The notes under the pieces were generated by a model, which was not told the origin of the DNA, did no database searches, and saw only the letters and a list, made by a program, of their open reading frames with translations. The translations under genes and the position numbers were made by a program. Below, piece by piece: positions 41,845 to 51,409 of a DNA stretch of 64,000 bases. The DNA is from Thermoplasmata archaeon (GTDB taxonomy: Archaea > Thermoplasmatota > Thermoplasmata > Lutacidiplasmatales > UBA184): assembly GCA_030037815.1 (NCBI GenBank), contig JASHPZ010000022.1, positions 1,782 to 65,781 on the forward strand, read 5' to 3'. Positions within the stretch are counted from its first letter, which is position 1, and the number at the start of each line of letters is the position of its first letter.

Positions 41845-42837
41845 GTGGGAGAGCTGGTCGCGTTCCCCGACGACCGGGGGCGCGCGGTCGAACTGGTGCG
41901 CGCGGCCGTCGCCGCGCGGGGGATCCCCGGCGAGGACCCGGCGGAAGTACGGGCGTTCGTGGAGGAGGTCGTGCGTACTCCGGCCGCCCCCGGACGGCTC
42001 TACCGCGTCGACGGGACCGACCTCGGGATCGTGCTCTGGCACCCGGCGACGCCCCTGGGCGTGGGAATCGCGCTCGCCCATCTCGAGCGCCCGGCCGCGG
42101 ACGCGGAGGGATACCGGGACCTCCTCGAGCGGTGCCGCGCCCTGCTCGGCCCGGTGCCGTTCCTTCCCGGCGGACTCGCCGGCCTCACTCCACGGGAGGA
42201 GGACGCGCTGCTCGCGTCGTTCGGGTACGCGCCGTTCGGACGGCTCGAGATGCGCCGAGCGCTCGACGGCGAGGTCGACGCCGTCCCGGCTCCCGCCGGC
42301 GCGGTCGTGCGTACCCCCCGTCCGAACGACGAGCCCGCCCTTGCGCGGCTCCACGCGGCGGCGTACTTCGGGCAGTTCGACCGGTATCTCTTCTACGCCG
42401 ACCCGGATCCGGCCCGCGACGCCGAGATCCAGCTCCGCGAGGTGTTCAGCGGAGTGCACGGCGACTTCCTGCCCGAGGCGTCCGCGGTGGTCGACCGGGA
42501 CGGCCGGCTGGACGGCGCCTGCCTGGTCGTCCGCCGGCCGTACGGCCCGCTAATCGTGGACGTGATGGTCGACCCGGCTGCGCGGGGACACGGGGTGGGA
42601 CGCGCCGTGGTCCTCGGCGCGCTCGACCGGCTCGGCCGACTCGGCGAGCGCGTCGCCGTCCTGAACGTCACCGTCGGCAACGACCCGGCGCTCGGCCTCT
42701 ACCGGTCGCTCGGGTTCCGCGCGACCATCGGACCGAGCCGCGAGTGGTTCGACCGTTCGCTCATCCCGACGCGGCCGGGCGCCGGCTACGAGCCCTCGGC
42801 GGCCTCGCGCGATTCCGCGCCGCGGTCGGTCGAGTAG
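41845..42837 (+). CDS. GNAT-family acetyltransferase.
   Basis: The C-terminal GNAT motif is AARGHGVGRAVVLGALDRL...YRSLGF. Confidence 0.65.
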   Translation: MGELVAFPDDRGRAVELVRAAVAARGIPGEDPAEVRAFVEEVVRTPAAPGRLYRVDGTDLGIVLWHPATPLGVGIALAHLERPAADAEGYRDLLERCRALLGPVPFLPGGLAGLTPREEDALLASFGYAPFGRLEMRRALDGEVDAVPAPAGAVVRTPRPNDEPALARLHAAAYFGQFDRYLFYADPDPARDAEIQLREVFSGVHGDFLPEASAVVDRDGRLDGACLVVRRPYGPLIVDVMVDPAARGHGVGRAVVLGALDRLGRLGERVAVLNVTVGNDPALGLYRSLGFRATIGPSREWFDRSLIPTRPGAGYEPSAASRDSAPRSVE

Positions 42838-43925
42838 CCGAGCTGGCGGAGCGCGCCGAACCCGACCGCCATCACGACCCCGAGGACGAGGATCGACCCG
42901 CCGGCCGTCAGGAAGACGCCCTGGACGCCGAGGATCAGCGTCAGCAGCCCGCCCGTGTACTGGCCGACCGGCACGAGCGCGTAGCTCCCGACCTCGTCCG
43001 CGGCGAAGACGCGGCCCATCATCTCGTCCGGGACGGTCGCCTGGACGGTCGACAGGAACACGGTCGTGACCATGCCGGGCATCATCCCGTAGACGAACAC
43101 GATCGGCAGCGCGAGCCAGACCGAGCGGACGAGTCCGAGCGCGAGCAGCGAGAGCCCCATCACGACGATCAGGAGGATGATCACCCGGCCCGCCCGGTGC
43201 TCGAACTTCCACCGGGCGATCGAGAGGAACCCGACGGCCCCGCCGACCGTCGACGTCGCGATCACCGCCCCGTACCAGAACCCCTGAGCGAGGTTGAGCC
43301 AGGTCGCGACGTAGAGGGCGAGCTCGACCAGCGCGACCGCGGAGAGGAAGTTGATGACGAGCGCCCCGACGGTGATCTCGAGCAGCGCCTTCCGCCGGAC
43401 GAGGAACCGGAACCCCTCCCGCGCCTCCGCCCCGAGGGCGCGGGGCGGCCCCGAGCGGCGGACGGCGAGGTCGGCGTCCATCCGGACGAGCGCGACCTGG
43501 GTCGCGAAGAACAGGACGAACGGGATCGCGAGCGCCTCGACCAGCGGCCGGTACGTCAGCACGACGCCGACCGCGACCGTGCCGGCCGCGCTCGCGAGCG
43601 CGGCGGCCGCGTAGATCAGCCCGTTCGCCCGCCCGAGGAGCGCGCGGTCGACCAGCCGCGGCACCGAGGTGTTGAACGCCGGGCGGAAGAGGGTGGACGT
43701 CACCGTGACGAGCGCCCACATCGGATAGAGGAGGAGCACCCACATCGGGAGGTAGAACCCCGCGACGCCGGGCACCGGGACGTGGGTGGACGGCACGTAG
43801 TAGACGTCGACCGCGAGCAGGGCGACCGCGACCAGCGCGACCAGGTTGACGACCCGCATCAGCGCGGCGCGGTCGTGGCGGTCCGCGATCGCGCCCGCGA
43901 AGAACGCGCAGGCGAGGGTTGGCAC
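42786..43925 (-). CDS. MFS transporter. The N-terminus probably extends upstream, but there is no canonical in-frame start.
   Basis: Eleven TM segments are predicted from the listed GTG start. The same frame stays open upstream for 64 codons of TM-like sequence (TLSRYGELFAARSFPALLTAGALQFAAP...) back to a TGA, with no ATG/GTG/TTG in that stretch. Confidence 0.7.
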   Translation of the reverse strand: MPTLACAFFAGAIADRHDRAALMRVVNLVALVAVALLAVDVYYVPSTHVPVPGVAGFYLPMWVLLLYPMWALVTVTSTLFRPAFNTSVPRLVDRALLGRANGLIYAAAALASAAGTVAVGVVLTYRPLVEALAIPFVLFFATQVALVRMDADLAVRRSGPPRALGAEAREGFRFLVRRKALLEITVGALVINFLSAVALVELALYVATWLNLAQGFWYGAVIATSTVGGAVGFLSIARWKFEHRAGRVIILLIVVMGLSLLALGLVRSVWLALPIVFVYGMMPGMVTTVFLSTVQATVPDEMMGRVFAADEVGSYALVPVGQYTGGLLTLILGVQGVFLTAGGSILVLGVVMAVGFGALRQLGYSTDRGAESREAAEGS

Positions 43926-44236
43926 CGCGGAGGAGAGTCCGAGGAACGTGAGCGAGAGCGCGCCGTACGTCGACTGGTCGGCGTGCGGGTAGGCGAAGAC
44001 GACCGAGAAGAGGAGGACGGCCAGGACCGTCGAGGGGGCGGCGAACTGGAGGGCGCCGGCCGTCAGGAGGGCGGGAAACGACCGGGCGGCGAACAGTTCG
44101 CCATACCGACTCAGGGTTCAACACCCCCGAACGCCGCGGGAGCGCCGGGAGGGGGATTAAGCCTCGCGTGGCCCGGGGCGCCGGACGGGCGATGCGGCCC
44201 CCGGATTATTAACCGGGCCCGACCTCACCGCGTTCC

Positions 44237-45355
44237 GTGCGCGTGATCCACCGGGACGACGCGACGGGGCTCCTCAAGCTCCGCCTCGAGACCCCGAGCG
44301 ACCTCTGGCGGATCGCGCGGTTCGTCCGGCCGGGCGACCGCGCCGGCGCGTCCACCACGCGGCGCGACCCCGAGGCCCCCGAGGACGTCGCCGGCGCCGA
44401 GCGCAGCCGCCGGCGGGTGTTCCTCACCGTCCGGGTCGAGCAGGTCGAGTTCCACGGCTTCTCGAAGCACGTCCGCCTCACGGGACCGATCGTCGAAGGA
44501 CCGTTCGACATCGGTCGCCACCACACGCTCGACCTGACGGAGGGCGACGACGTGGCGGTCACGAAGGCGCGGCTCACCGCCGCGGACCGGACAATCCTCG
44601 AGGAGGGGCTCCGCCGCGAGGGGGAGCCGACGGTCCTCCTGGCCGCCGTCGACTGGGGGGACTCGTCCGTCGTCCGCCTGCGCGGCCGGTCGGTCGAGCC
44701 GGTGGTCGACCTCCGCCGCACGATCGCCGGGAAGCAGTACGCGGTCGCCCAGGCGGAGAAGGACCGACGCACCTACCTCGAGGAGCTCGTCACCGTCCTT
44801 CGGCGCGAGGGCGCGGGCGCCGCGGCGGTCGTCCTCGCCGGACCGGGGTTCCTCAAGGAGCAGCTCCTCCGCCAGCTCGCCGAGGTCGACCCGCCGCTCG
44901 CCGGGAAGACCCGCGTCTACCCCGCGTCGGAATCCGGCCGCGTCGGCGTGAACGAGATCCTGAAGAGCGGCCGCGCGACCGAGGCGCTCCGGGGGAACGT
45001 CGCGGCCGAGGAGGCCGCGGTCGTCGAGCGGCTCGTCCGCGCGCTCGCGGGCGGCGTGCGGGCCGCGGTCGGCCCGGCCGAGGCGGCGGAAGCGGTCGAG
45101 GCCGGCGCGGTCGAGACGCTGCTCGTCTCGGAAAGTCGCTTGGTCGACCCGGCCGTCGAACCGACCCTCGAAGCCGCGCGCGCCGCGCGGCTCGCCGTGT
45201 TCGTGGTGCGCGACGAAGGAGAGGCGGGGGCCCGGCTGGCCGCGCTGGGGGGCGTCGGCGCGATCCTGCGGTACGACTGGGTCAGTCCGACCCGCGCTAC
45301 GCGATCGCCTGGATCGCCTCGCGCAGTTCCTCGTACCGACGCTTCAGGTCCTTGA
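44237..45355 (+). CDS. pelA: Pelota/Dom34 homologue (aPelota, mRNA surveillance / ribosome rescue).
   Basis: The N-terminus is MRVIHRDDATGLLKLRLETPSDLWRIARFV. The central and eRF1-like C-terminal domains are present (...GGVGAILRY). The 3' end overlaps convergent rpoD by about 58 nt. Confidence 0.85.
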   Translation: MRVIHRDDATGLLKLRLETPSDLWRIARFVRPGDRAGASTTRRDPEAPEDVAGAERSRRRVFLTVRVEQVEFHGFSKHVRLTGPIVEGPFDIGRHHTLDLTEGDDVAVTKARLTAADRTILEEGLRREGEPTVLLAAVDWGDSSVVRLRGRSVEPVVDLRRTIAGKQYAVAQAEKDRRTYLEELVTVLRREGAGAAAVVLAGPGFLKEQLLRQLAEVDPPLAGKTRVYPASESGRVGVNEILKSGRATEALRGNVAAEEAAVVERLVRALAGGVRAAVGPAEAAEAVEAGAVETLLVSESRLVDPAVEPTLEAARAARLAVFVVRDEGEAGARLAALGGVGAILRYDWVSPTRATRSPGSPRAVPRTDASGP

Positions 45356-46142
45356 GGGCGAACCGGAGCGCCTCGCGCGCGGAGAGCGAGCCGTCGGTCT
45401 CGAATCGGAGGAAGAAGTGGTCGGGGTCCTCCTCGACCTTGACCGACCCGTGCGGGCAGCTCGTCTCGCACGCGCCGCAGTAGATGCACTTCACCTCGTC
45501 CGTGACGGTGAGCTTCCCCCCGCCGAACTCGAGGATGTTGACCGGACAGACGCCGGCGGTGCGCTTCAGGCAGGCGTCCGAGCACCCTTCCTTCTTCGCG
45601 ATCCGCACGTGGGGGCGCGGGAACATCCCGACCCCGTGCGCGACCTGCCACTTCGCGTGCTCGCGGGCGGAGCCGACGACCGCGGTCGCGTAGGTGAGGA
45701 GCGCCTGGCGGGCGCCGAGACGCACGATCGGCACGTCCGGTTCGAGGGTCGCCAGCCCCGCGTCCCCGAGGGGAACGACGTCCTTCGCGTAGACCGTGCA
45801 GGGGCCCTTCTTGTCGATCGAGTACATCACCTGGCAGTGCGGGCACCCCGCGCCGCCGCACTCGCATTCCGCCTTCCGACGGAACTGCGAGAGGTCCGTC
45901 GGGATCGGGAGGAGCCCGAGCCGCAGCGCGATCGCCTCGTCGAACATGCTGGTGGAGGAGTCGTAGTCCTTCCCGGTCGCCTCGTCCCGGATCGGACCCA
46001 GGTGGAACTCGACGTCCTCGATCGCGAGCTTCGGGACGTCCGAGAGCAGCACGCGGCGGATCGCGTTCACCTGAGAGGCGGTCGCCCCGTCCACCTCGAG
46101 GAGGACCGAGCGCGGCTTCAGTTCGGCGAGCGAGACGCCCAC
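45297..46142 (-). CDS. rpoD: DNA-directed RNA polymerase subunit D (Rpo3) with a ferredoxin-like 4Fe-4S insertion.
   Basis: Conserved regions are ...VLLSDVPKLAIEDVEF... and ...CPVNILEFGGGKLTVTDEVKCIYCGACETSCPHG. It lies directly downstream of the uS11 gene. Confidence 0.9.
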   Translation of the reverse strand: MGVSLAELKPRSVLLEVDGATASQVNAIRRVLLSDVPKLAIEDVEFHLGPIRDEATGKDYDSSTSMFDEAIALRLGLLPIPTDLSQFRRKAECECGGAGCPHCQVMYSIDKKGPCTVYAKDVVPLGDAGLATLEPDVPIVRLGARQALLTYATAVVGSAREHAKWQVAHGVGMFPRPHVRIAKKEGCSDACLKRTAGVCPVNILEFGGGKLTVTDEVKCIYCGACETSCPHGSVKVEEDPDHFFLRFETDGSLSAREALRFALKDLKRRYEELREAIQAIA

Positions 46143-46143
46143 G

Positions 46144-46527
46144 CTACACCCTCCGCCCGCGCCGCCCGCCCTTCGGCTTCGTGCCGTCGTGCGGGATCGG
46201 GGTGACGTCCTCGATGCGCTGGATCTTGACGCCGGCCCGCGCGAGCGCGCGGATCGCGGCCTGCGCGCCCGGCCCGGGGGAGCGCGAGCGGTTCCCGCCC
46301 GGGGCGCGGACCCGGACGTGGAGCGTCGCGTACCCCTTCTCCTTCAGGGTCGCGGCGATCTGGTCGGCGGCCTTCATCGCGGCGTACGGGCTCGACTCGT
46401 CCCGCGCCGCCTTGACGACCATGCCGCCGGTCGCCTTCGCGAGCGTCTCCGCGCCGGTGATGTCGGTGACGGTGATGTGGATGTTGTTGTAGCTCGCGAA
46501 GATGTGCGCGATGCCGATCTTCGTCAT
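46144..46527 (-). CDS. rps11: 30S ribosomal protein S11 (uS11).
   Basis: The N-terminus is [22 protein letters not shown] and the C-terminus is ...[24 protein letters not shown]. Confidence 0.95.
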   Translation of the reverse strand: MTKIGIAHIFASYNNIHITVTDITGAETLAKATGGMVVKAARDESSPYAAMKAADQIAATLKEKGYATLHVRVRAPGGNRSRSPGPGAQAAIRALARAGVKIQRIEDVTPIPHDGTKPKGGRRGRRV

Positions 46528-46534
46528 CTCGGCC

Positions 46535-47125
46535 TCACGCCCCCTCGTCCGCCGCCGGGGCGGCCTCGACCGGGGCCGGCTTCGCCTCGAGCCGCTCGCG
46601 GAGCGCGACGCGCATCGAGTGGGCGTCGTCCGAGAGCGGGCTCGTGGGCGAGTAGGCGATGCGCACCTCGTCCGCGGACGGGACGAGGTACCCCGGCCGC
46701 GTCACGCGGTGGTCTCCGATCGCGAAGTGGCCGTGGACGATCCACTGGCGGGCGCCGAACGCCGTCGGCGCGAGTCCCTTCGTGAAGACGATCCATTCGA
46801 ACCGCCGGCGGAGGATCTCCTCCGTCGTCAGCGCGAGGACGTCGTCCAGCGTGGGCGTGCCCGTCGGTAGGACCCCGAGCCGCGTCAGCCGCCCGAGGAG
46901 CTGGTCGGTCTCGCGGCGCGCCTGCGGCTCGCCGGCCCGCAGCCGGGCCTGGAGCTCGCGCGCCTGGCCGCGGAACCCGCGGAGGATCGACTGCGCCTTC
47001 CACAGCTCCCGCTTGTTCTTCAGGCCGTACTTGTCGAGGAGCTTGCGCTCCTCCTCCATCCGGCTCGCCTCCCACGGGTGCTTCGGCGTGTCGTAGGTGC
47101 GGCGGAGGAACTTCGGATCGCCCAT
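46535..47125 (-). CDS. rps4: 30S ribosomal protein S4 (uS4).
   Basis: The internal ATG gives [45 protein letters not shown]. The Arg-rich upstream extension in the listed ORF is out of context. Confidence 0.9.
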   Translation of the reverse strand: MGDPKFLRRTYDTPKHPWEASRMEEERKLLDKYGLKNKRELWKAQSILRGFRGQARELQARLRAGEPQARRETDQLLGRLTRLGVLPTGTPTLDDVLALTTEEILRRRFEWIVFTKGLAPTAFGARQWIVHGHFAIGDHRVTRPGYLVPSADEVRIAYSPTSPLSDDAHSMRVALRERLEAKPAPVEAAPAADEGA

Positions 47126-47138
47126 CGTTCGACCGCTC

Positions 47139-47882
47139 CTACTTCGCCGCCGGCTTCGCGGGGGCCGCCGGCGCCGCCGGGGCGGCCGCGGGCGCCGGGG
47201 CACTCTCTTCCTTGCCGGCCGCCGCGGCCGCTTCCTTGGCGGTCTTCTTCAGCACGCCCGCGGCCATGCCCGTCCGGCCGTTCGAGCGCGTGCGCTGCCC
47301 GCGGACCTTCTGTCCGCGTTCGTGGCGGACGCCGCGGTAGCTCCGGATCATCTTCATCTGGTTCACGTCGTCGCGCCGGCGCGTCTCCAGGTCCGGCCCG
47401 AAGTAGTGCGGCGACTCGCCGAGCATCGGCTCGCGCACGTGGTTGACCATCCACCCCGGCAGCTTGGTCGGGAGCGAGGCGAGCGTCGTCTCGATCCCCT
47501 CGACCGAGGCCTCGGGGAGCTCGCCGATCCGTTCGGACGGGTCGACGTTCGCGAGGCGGAGCGTCGCCTCGGCGATGCGGAGCCCGACGCCCCGCACGCC
47601 CGTCAGCGCGAGCGCGGCCGGTCGGGTCCCGTCGAGGTCCGTGTTGGCGAGACGGACGATGTAGCGGAAGTTGGGGTTCTTCGAGACGTACTTCGCGGCC
47701 TTCGCCGGGGCACCGGCCTTCGCCTTGCCCTTCGTCTCCTTCGGTTCCTTCGCGTCCTTGGAGCCCTTCGCGCCCTTCTCCTTCTTGGCCCCCTTCTCGG
47801 TCGAGGCCTCCGGCTCGGCGGCGGCCGCCGGCGCGGCTTCGGGCGTCTTCGGCTCCTTCGCTTCCTTGGGCGCGGGACTCAC
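47139..47882 (-). CDS. rps13: 30S ribosomal protein S13 (uS13) with Lys/Ala/Pro/Glu-rich low-complexity N- and C-terminal extensions.
   Basis: The core is NFRYIVRLANTDLDGTRPAALALTGVRGVGLRIAEA. A GTG start is proposed, preceded by GAGGG. The N-terminal tail is PKEAKEPKTPEAAPAAAAEPEASTEKGAKKEKGAKGSKDAKEPKETKGKAKAGAPAKAAK. The C-terminal tail is ...KKTAKEAAAAAGKEESAPAPAAAPAAPAAPAKPAAK. Confidence 0.75.
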   Translation of the reverse strand: MSPAPKEAKEPKTPEAAPAAAAEPEASTEKGAKKEKGAKGSKDAKEPKETKGKAKAGAPAKAAKYVSKNPNFRYIVRLANTDLDGTRPAALALTGVRGVGLRIAEATLRLANVDPSERIGELPEASVEGIETTLASLPTKLPGWMVNHVREPMLGESPHYFGPDLETRRRDDVNQMKMIRSYRGVRHERGQKVRGQRTRSNGRTGMAAGVLKKTAKEAAAAAGKEESAPAPAAAPAAPAAPAKPAAK

Positions 47883-47981
47883 TCCCCTCTGAGGTGGTAC
47901 CCTCGCGGCGGTCGACGGCGAGCGGACGCCCGCGCAACGACCCCCGCACCGAGGGTGCGGGCGCCGAGCCACCCCCACTTT

Positions 47982-48623
47982 TTAAGCGCTTCGGACCGCG
48001 GTCCCGCCGCGGCGCGCCTCGACGACCCGGTACCCCGACGCGCGGCCGAGGACCGACACCGGGCCGTCCCAGTGCTCCTCGAGCCACGTCTGGTAGTACC
48101 GGATCCCCTGGCTCCCCTTCCCGACGAGGACGAGGCGGCCGGCCGGTGCGAGGTGGGGACTGGCGCCGCCCAGGATCTCGAGGACGGTCGCACGGCCCGC
48201 GCGGAACGGCGGGTTGGTCGCGATCACGTCGAACGTCTCCCGGGCGACGGGCTCGAACAGCTTCCCGACGCGGACCTCCGCGTTCGTGATCCCGTTCCGA
48301 CCGAGGTTCTCGCGGGCGAGGCGCGCCGCGCGCCGGTTGACCTCGGTGAGCACGACGTGGCCGCGGTCGGCCGCCTTCGCCGCGGCGGCGCCGACCGGCC
48401 CCCACCCGCACCCCAGGTCGAGGACGCGGTCGCTCCGTCCCAGCGCGAGATTCTCGATCAGGAGCGCCGTTCCCGGGTCGAGGCCGTGGGCCGCGAAGAC
48501 GCCCGCGTCGACCTTGAACGTGAGGAGCTCGCCCCGGTAGAGAAAACGGAGCGACCGCGGAGCCGAGCGCGCGCGGGGACGCTCCGCGAAGTACTGGTCG
48601 GGAGCGAGCGACTCCTCGTCCAT
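47982..48623 (-). CDS. Class I SAM-dependent methyltransferase, MTS/RsmC-like small-domain family (NPPF type).
   Basis: The C-terminal 213 aa of ORF 47982..49310 carry motif I VLDLGCGWGPVG and motif IV DVIATNPPF. Confidence 0.7.
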   Translation of the reverse strand: MDEESLAPDQYFAERPRARSAPRSLRFLYRGELLTFKVDAGVFAAHGLDPGTALLIENLALGRSDRVLDLGCGWGPVGAAAAKAADRGHVVLTEVNRRAARLARENLGRNGITNAEVRVGKLFEPVARETFDVIATNPPFRAGRATVLEILGGASPHLAPAGRLVLVGKGSQGIRYYQTWLEEHWDGPVSVLGRASGYRVVEARRGGTAVRSA

Positions 48624-48631
48624 CGCCGGCG

Positions 48632-49771
48632 CTACCCTCGCCGGCGGAACAGGGACTCGCGGCGGGTCGCCGCGCCCTTGGCCCCCGTGCCGAGCGCCTC
48701 GCGGACGAGGTCCTTCTCGTGCCCCGAGAGCGCGCGGGGGATCTCGACGTGCACGGTGACTAGGAGGTCCCCCCGGCCGGACCGTCCGAGCCGCGGGAAG
48801 CCGTTCCCCTTGAGGCGGAACTGCGTCTCGGGTTGAGTGCCCGCCGGGACCTTCAGGCTGGCGTGGCCGTCCAGGGTCGGGATCGTGACCTCGCCGCCGA
48901 GGAGCGCGATCGGCAGCGCGATCGTCGCCTCGGAGAAGACGTCGGTCCCGTCGCGGCGGAACTCGGGCGGCATCTCGAGGAGGACCTGGACGAACAGGTC
49001 GCCGGGCCGACCGCCCGCGCGCTCGAGCGCCCCGTGGCCGGGGACGCGGAACACCGCCCCGTCCTCCACGCCCGGCGGCACGGTGATCTCGATCCGCTCG
49101 ACCGTCCGCCGGAGCCCGGACCCGGCGCAGGTCGGGCACCGGTCGAGGATGCGGCGGCCGGTGCCGTTGCAGCGCGGGCAGGCGCCGACCGTGATGAACT
49201 GGCTGTAGCCGCGGTTCTGGACGCGCCGGACGCGGCCCGAGCCGTTGCAGTCGGGGCACGTCTCGAACGCGGTCCCGCCCCGGGCCCCGGTGCCGCGGCA
49301 GTCCGGGCACGGCGTGGTCTGCGGCACCTCGACCGTCGGGCGCGCCCCGTGGAGCGCCGCCGCGATCGGGAGCCGCACGCCGACCTCGACGTCCCGCCCC
49401 CGGCCGGCGCTGCGGCCGCCCGCGAACGGCATGCCGAAGTTCGCGAACAGCTGCTCGAAGAGCGGCGACTGGCCGATCAGGTCCTCGAGGTCGCCCGCGT
49501 GCGTGAAGTTCTGCCAGCTGAATCCGCCGGGGCCGAAGTCGGTCTCGACCCCCTGGAACCCCATCTGGTCGTACCGGCGGCGCTTCTCGGGGTCCGCGAG
49601 GACCTCGTACGCCTCGCTGACCTCCTTGAACTTCTCCTCGGCCGCCTTCGGGTTCTCCTTCGCGACGTCGGGGTGGTACTGGCGCACCAGGCGTCGGTAC
49701 GCCGACTTGATGTCGTCGGCCGACGCGGTCTTGGGGAGGCCCAAGACGTCGTAGTAGTCCCGCTTCGCCAT
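48632..49771 (-). CDS. dnaJ: Molecular chaperone DnaJ (Hsp40).
   Basis: The J-domain is MAKRDYYDVLGLPKTASADDIKSAYRRLVRQYHPD. The G/F region is present. The zinc-finger repeats are CPDCRGTG...CPDCNGSG...CPRCNGTG...CPTCAGSG. Confidence 0.92.
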   Translation of the reverse strand: MAKRDYYDVLGLPKTASADDIKSAYRRLVRQYHPDVAKENPKAAEEKFKEVSEAYEVLADPEKRRRYDQMGFQGVETDFGPGGFSWQNFTHAGDLEDLIGQSPLFEQLFANFGMPFAGGRSAGRGRDVEVGVRLPIAAALHGARPTVEVPQTTPCPDCRGTGARGGTAFETCPDCNGSGRVRRVQNRGYSQFITVGACPRCNGTGRRILDRCPTCAGSGLRRTVERIEITVPPGVEDGAVFRVPGHGALERAGGRPGDLFVQVLLEMPPEFRRDGTDVFSEATIALPIALLGGEVTIPTLDGHASLKVPAGTQPETQFRLKGNGFPRLGRSGRGDLLVTVHVEIPRALSGHEKDLVREALGTGAKGAATRRESLFRRRG

Positions 49772-49795
49772 CGATGGAGCACCGGGCCCGAGGAA

Positions 49796-50644
49796 CTAGC
49801 GCCGCCTAGGTCGGTCGCTATTTACCGTCCTAGTGGCGCGGACGCGACCGGGTCGCCAACGGAGCGCGACCGGGTCTCCGACCGCCCACTCCAGGCGGCG
49901 TTCGGCCGAACCCTCGCGGACGGCCAACTCGACCGTGCCGAAGCTCGAGCCGAGCGCTCCGAGTCGAGCGAGACCGAGGGCGGCATAATGGTCCACCCAC
50001 GGGACCGCGCCCCGTCGTCCGGCCACCCGGACGTGCCGGGCCGTCCCCGGGACCCACTCCGAGGGGATGTTGGAGATCAGGTTCCCGAACCGGTCGACGT
50101 GGACGACCGCCCCGTCCGCTCCGGCGGCCCGTCGTCGGGGCTCGGGAAGGACGAGGTCAACCGGACGGATCGTCGGTCCGAGCTGGGAGACCGGGCGGCC
50201 GGCCGCCACCTCGGCGGCGGCCGGTGCGAACAAGTCCCGCCCGTCGAACGTGCGACCGACGCGGGGACGGGAGCGCAGCCGTCCCGGGTCGATGCGGTGG
50301 GCCGACCCGAACCCGAGCTCGCGGGCAAGCGGGAGCAGGACGCCGTTGTCCGGGCCGACCAGGACCGAGCCGTCGCGGCAGCCCACCGCGATCGGGGCAC
50401 GGGCGCTCCCGACCCCGGGGTCGACGATCACGACGTGAACGGTCCCCGCCGGGAACGCCGCCGCCATCGTCCGGACGACGAACGCCGCCTCCGAGACGGC
50501 GTGAGGAGGCAAATCGTGCGTGAGATCGACCACGTGGCCCGGCGGCAGCGTGCGGAGGAGCACCCCCTTCATCTGGGCGGCGTACGCGCTCCCGACGTCG
50601 CTCGTCAGGGTGACGAGACGCGGCCGCCGCGCCCGCGGCGCCAC
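49796..50644 (-). CDS. SAM hydroxide adenosyltransferase family protein (DUF62; fluorinase/chlorinase-like fold).
   Basis: The N-terminus is VTLTSDVGSAYAAQMKGVLL (family consensus LTSDFG..d.Y...mKGv.l). A second motif is ...VDRFGNLISNI. Confidence 0.72.
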   Translation of the reverse strand: MAPRARRPRLVTLTSDVGSAYAAQMKGVLLRTLPPGHVVDLTHDLPPHAVSEAAFVVRTMAAAFPAGTVHVVIVDPGVGSARAPIAVGCRDGSVLVGPDNGVLLPLARELGFGSAHRIDPGRLRSRPRVGRTFDGRDLFAPAAAEVAAGRPVSQLGPTIRPVDLVLPEPRRRAAGADGAVVHVDRFGNLISNIPSEWVPGTARHVRVAGRRGAVPWVDHYAALGLARLGALGSSFGTVELAVREGSAERRLEWAVGDPVALRWRPGRVRATRTVNSDRPRRR

Positions 50645-50666
50645 GGACCTTCCGCGGACGGGCCGC

Positions 50667-51002
50667 CTACGACTTCATGATCGCGACCAGGAAGATCCCG
50701 ACCGCGACCAGGGCGCCGATGACCGCCGCGACGATGACGAGGAACGTCTGCCAGATGAGGCCGCCGAGCTCGTTCGACTTCGCCCCGAAGTGGCCGTCGT
50801 GGTAGAGGAACCCGATCAGGATCCCGACGACGAGGCCGACCACGAGGAGCACGACGCCGATCGTGCGGCTCTTGCCGCTGCCGAAGTACGCCGTGAAGAT
50901 GCCCGCGAGGATCAGGAACAGCGAGAACACCAAGAGCAGGACCGTGACGAAGTTGTACCACTGCGCGTAGTCCACCGACGCCATCTCCGCGATGCCTAGC
51001 AT
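50667..51002 (-). CDS. Small three-TM membrane protein, hypothetical.
   Basis: The ORF is 111 aa and strongly hydrophobic. Confidence 0.4.
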   Translation of the reverse strand: MLGIAEMASVDYAQWYNFVTVLLLVFSLFLILAGIFTAYFGSGKSRTIGVVLLVVGLVVGILIGFLYHDGHFGAKSNELGGLIWQTFLVIVAAVIGALVAVGIFLVAIMKS

Positions 51003-51020
51003 GTTTGTGTGCTCCGTGAT

Positions 51021-51263
51021 TCAGAACTTGATGCCCGTCAGCGTCTTCGTGTCGATGACGCCCGCGACGGACCGGATCTTGTCGACGACCAGCTGGCCCA
51101 GGGCGTTGAAGTCCTCGGCCTCGACCTTCGCGATCAGGTCGTACTCTCCGAACAGGGGGTGCAGCTCGACGATTCCCTTCACGCGCAGGAGTTCGGTGTA
51201 GACTTCGTGCTCCTTCGCGGGGGCTGTACTGATGAGGACGAACCCAATGGCCACGCCGAGCAC
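51021..51263 (-). CDS. Stand-alone Lrp/AsnC C-terminal (RAM) ligand-binding domain protein.
   Basis: The RAM-domain signature is ...EVYTELLRVKGIVELHPLFGEYDLIAKVEAEDFNALGQLVVDKIRSVAGVIDTKTL. The protein is 80 aa. Confidence 0.6.
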   Translation of the reverse strand: MLGVAIGFVLISTAPAKEHEVYTELLRVKGIVELHPLFGEYDLIAKVEAEDFNALGQLVVDKIRSVAGVIDTKTLTGIKF

Positions 51264-51409
51264 TCCCTCGAAGGGCGGCCAGAAGTGGCCCCCTTAATAA
51301 GCGTGTCGAGGACGCGGGCGCGCCACCGGCGAGCGAACGCCGTCCCGGCGGTCCGGTTGCCAGTCGAATCGATGCGACTTAAGTAACGCGCCCGTAGCGC
51401 CCGATTCGC

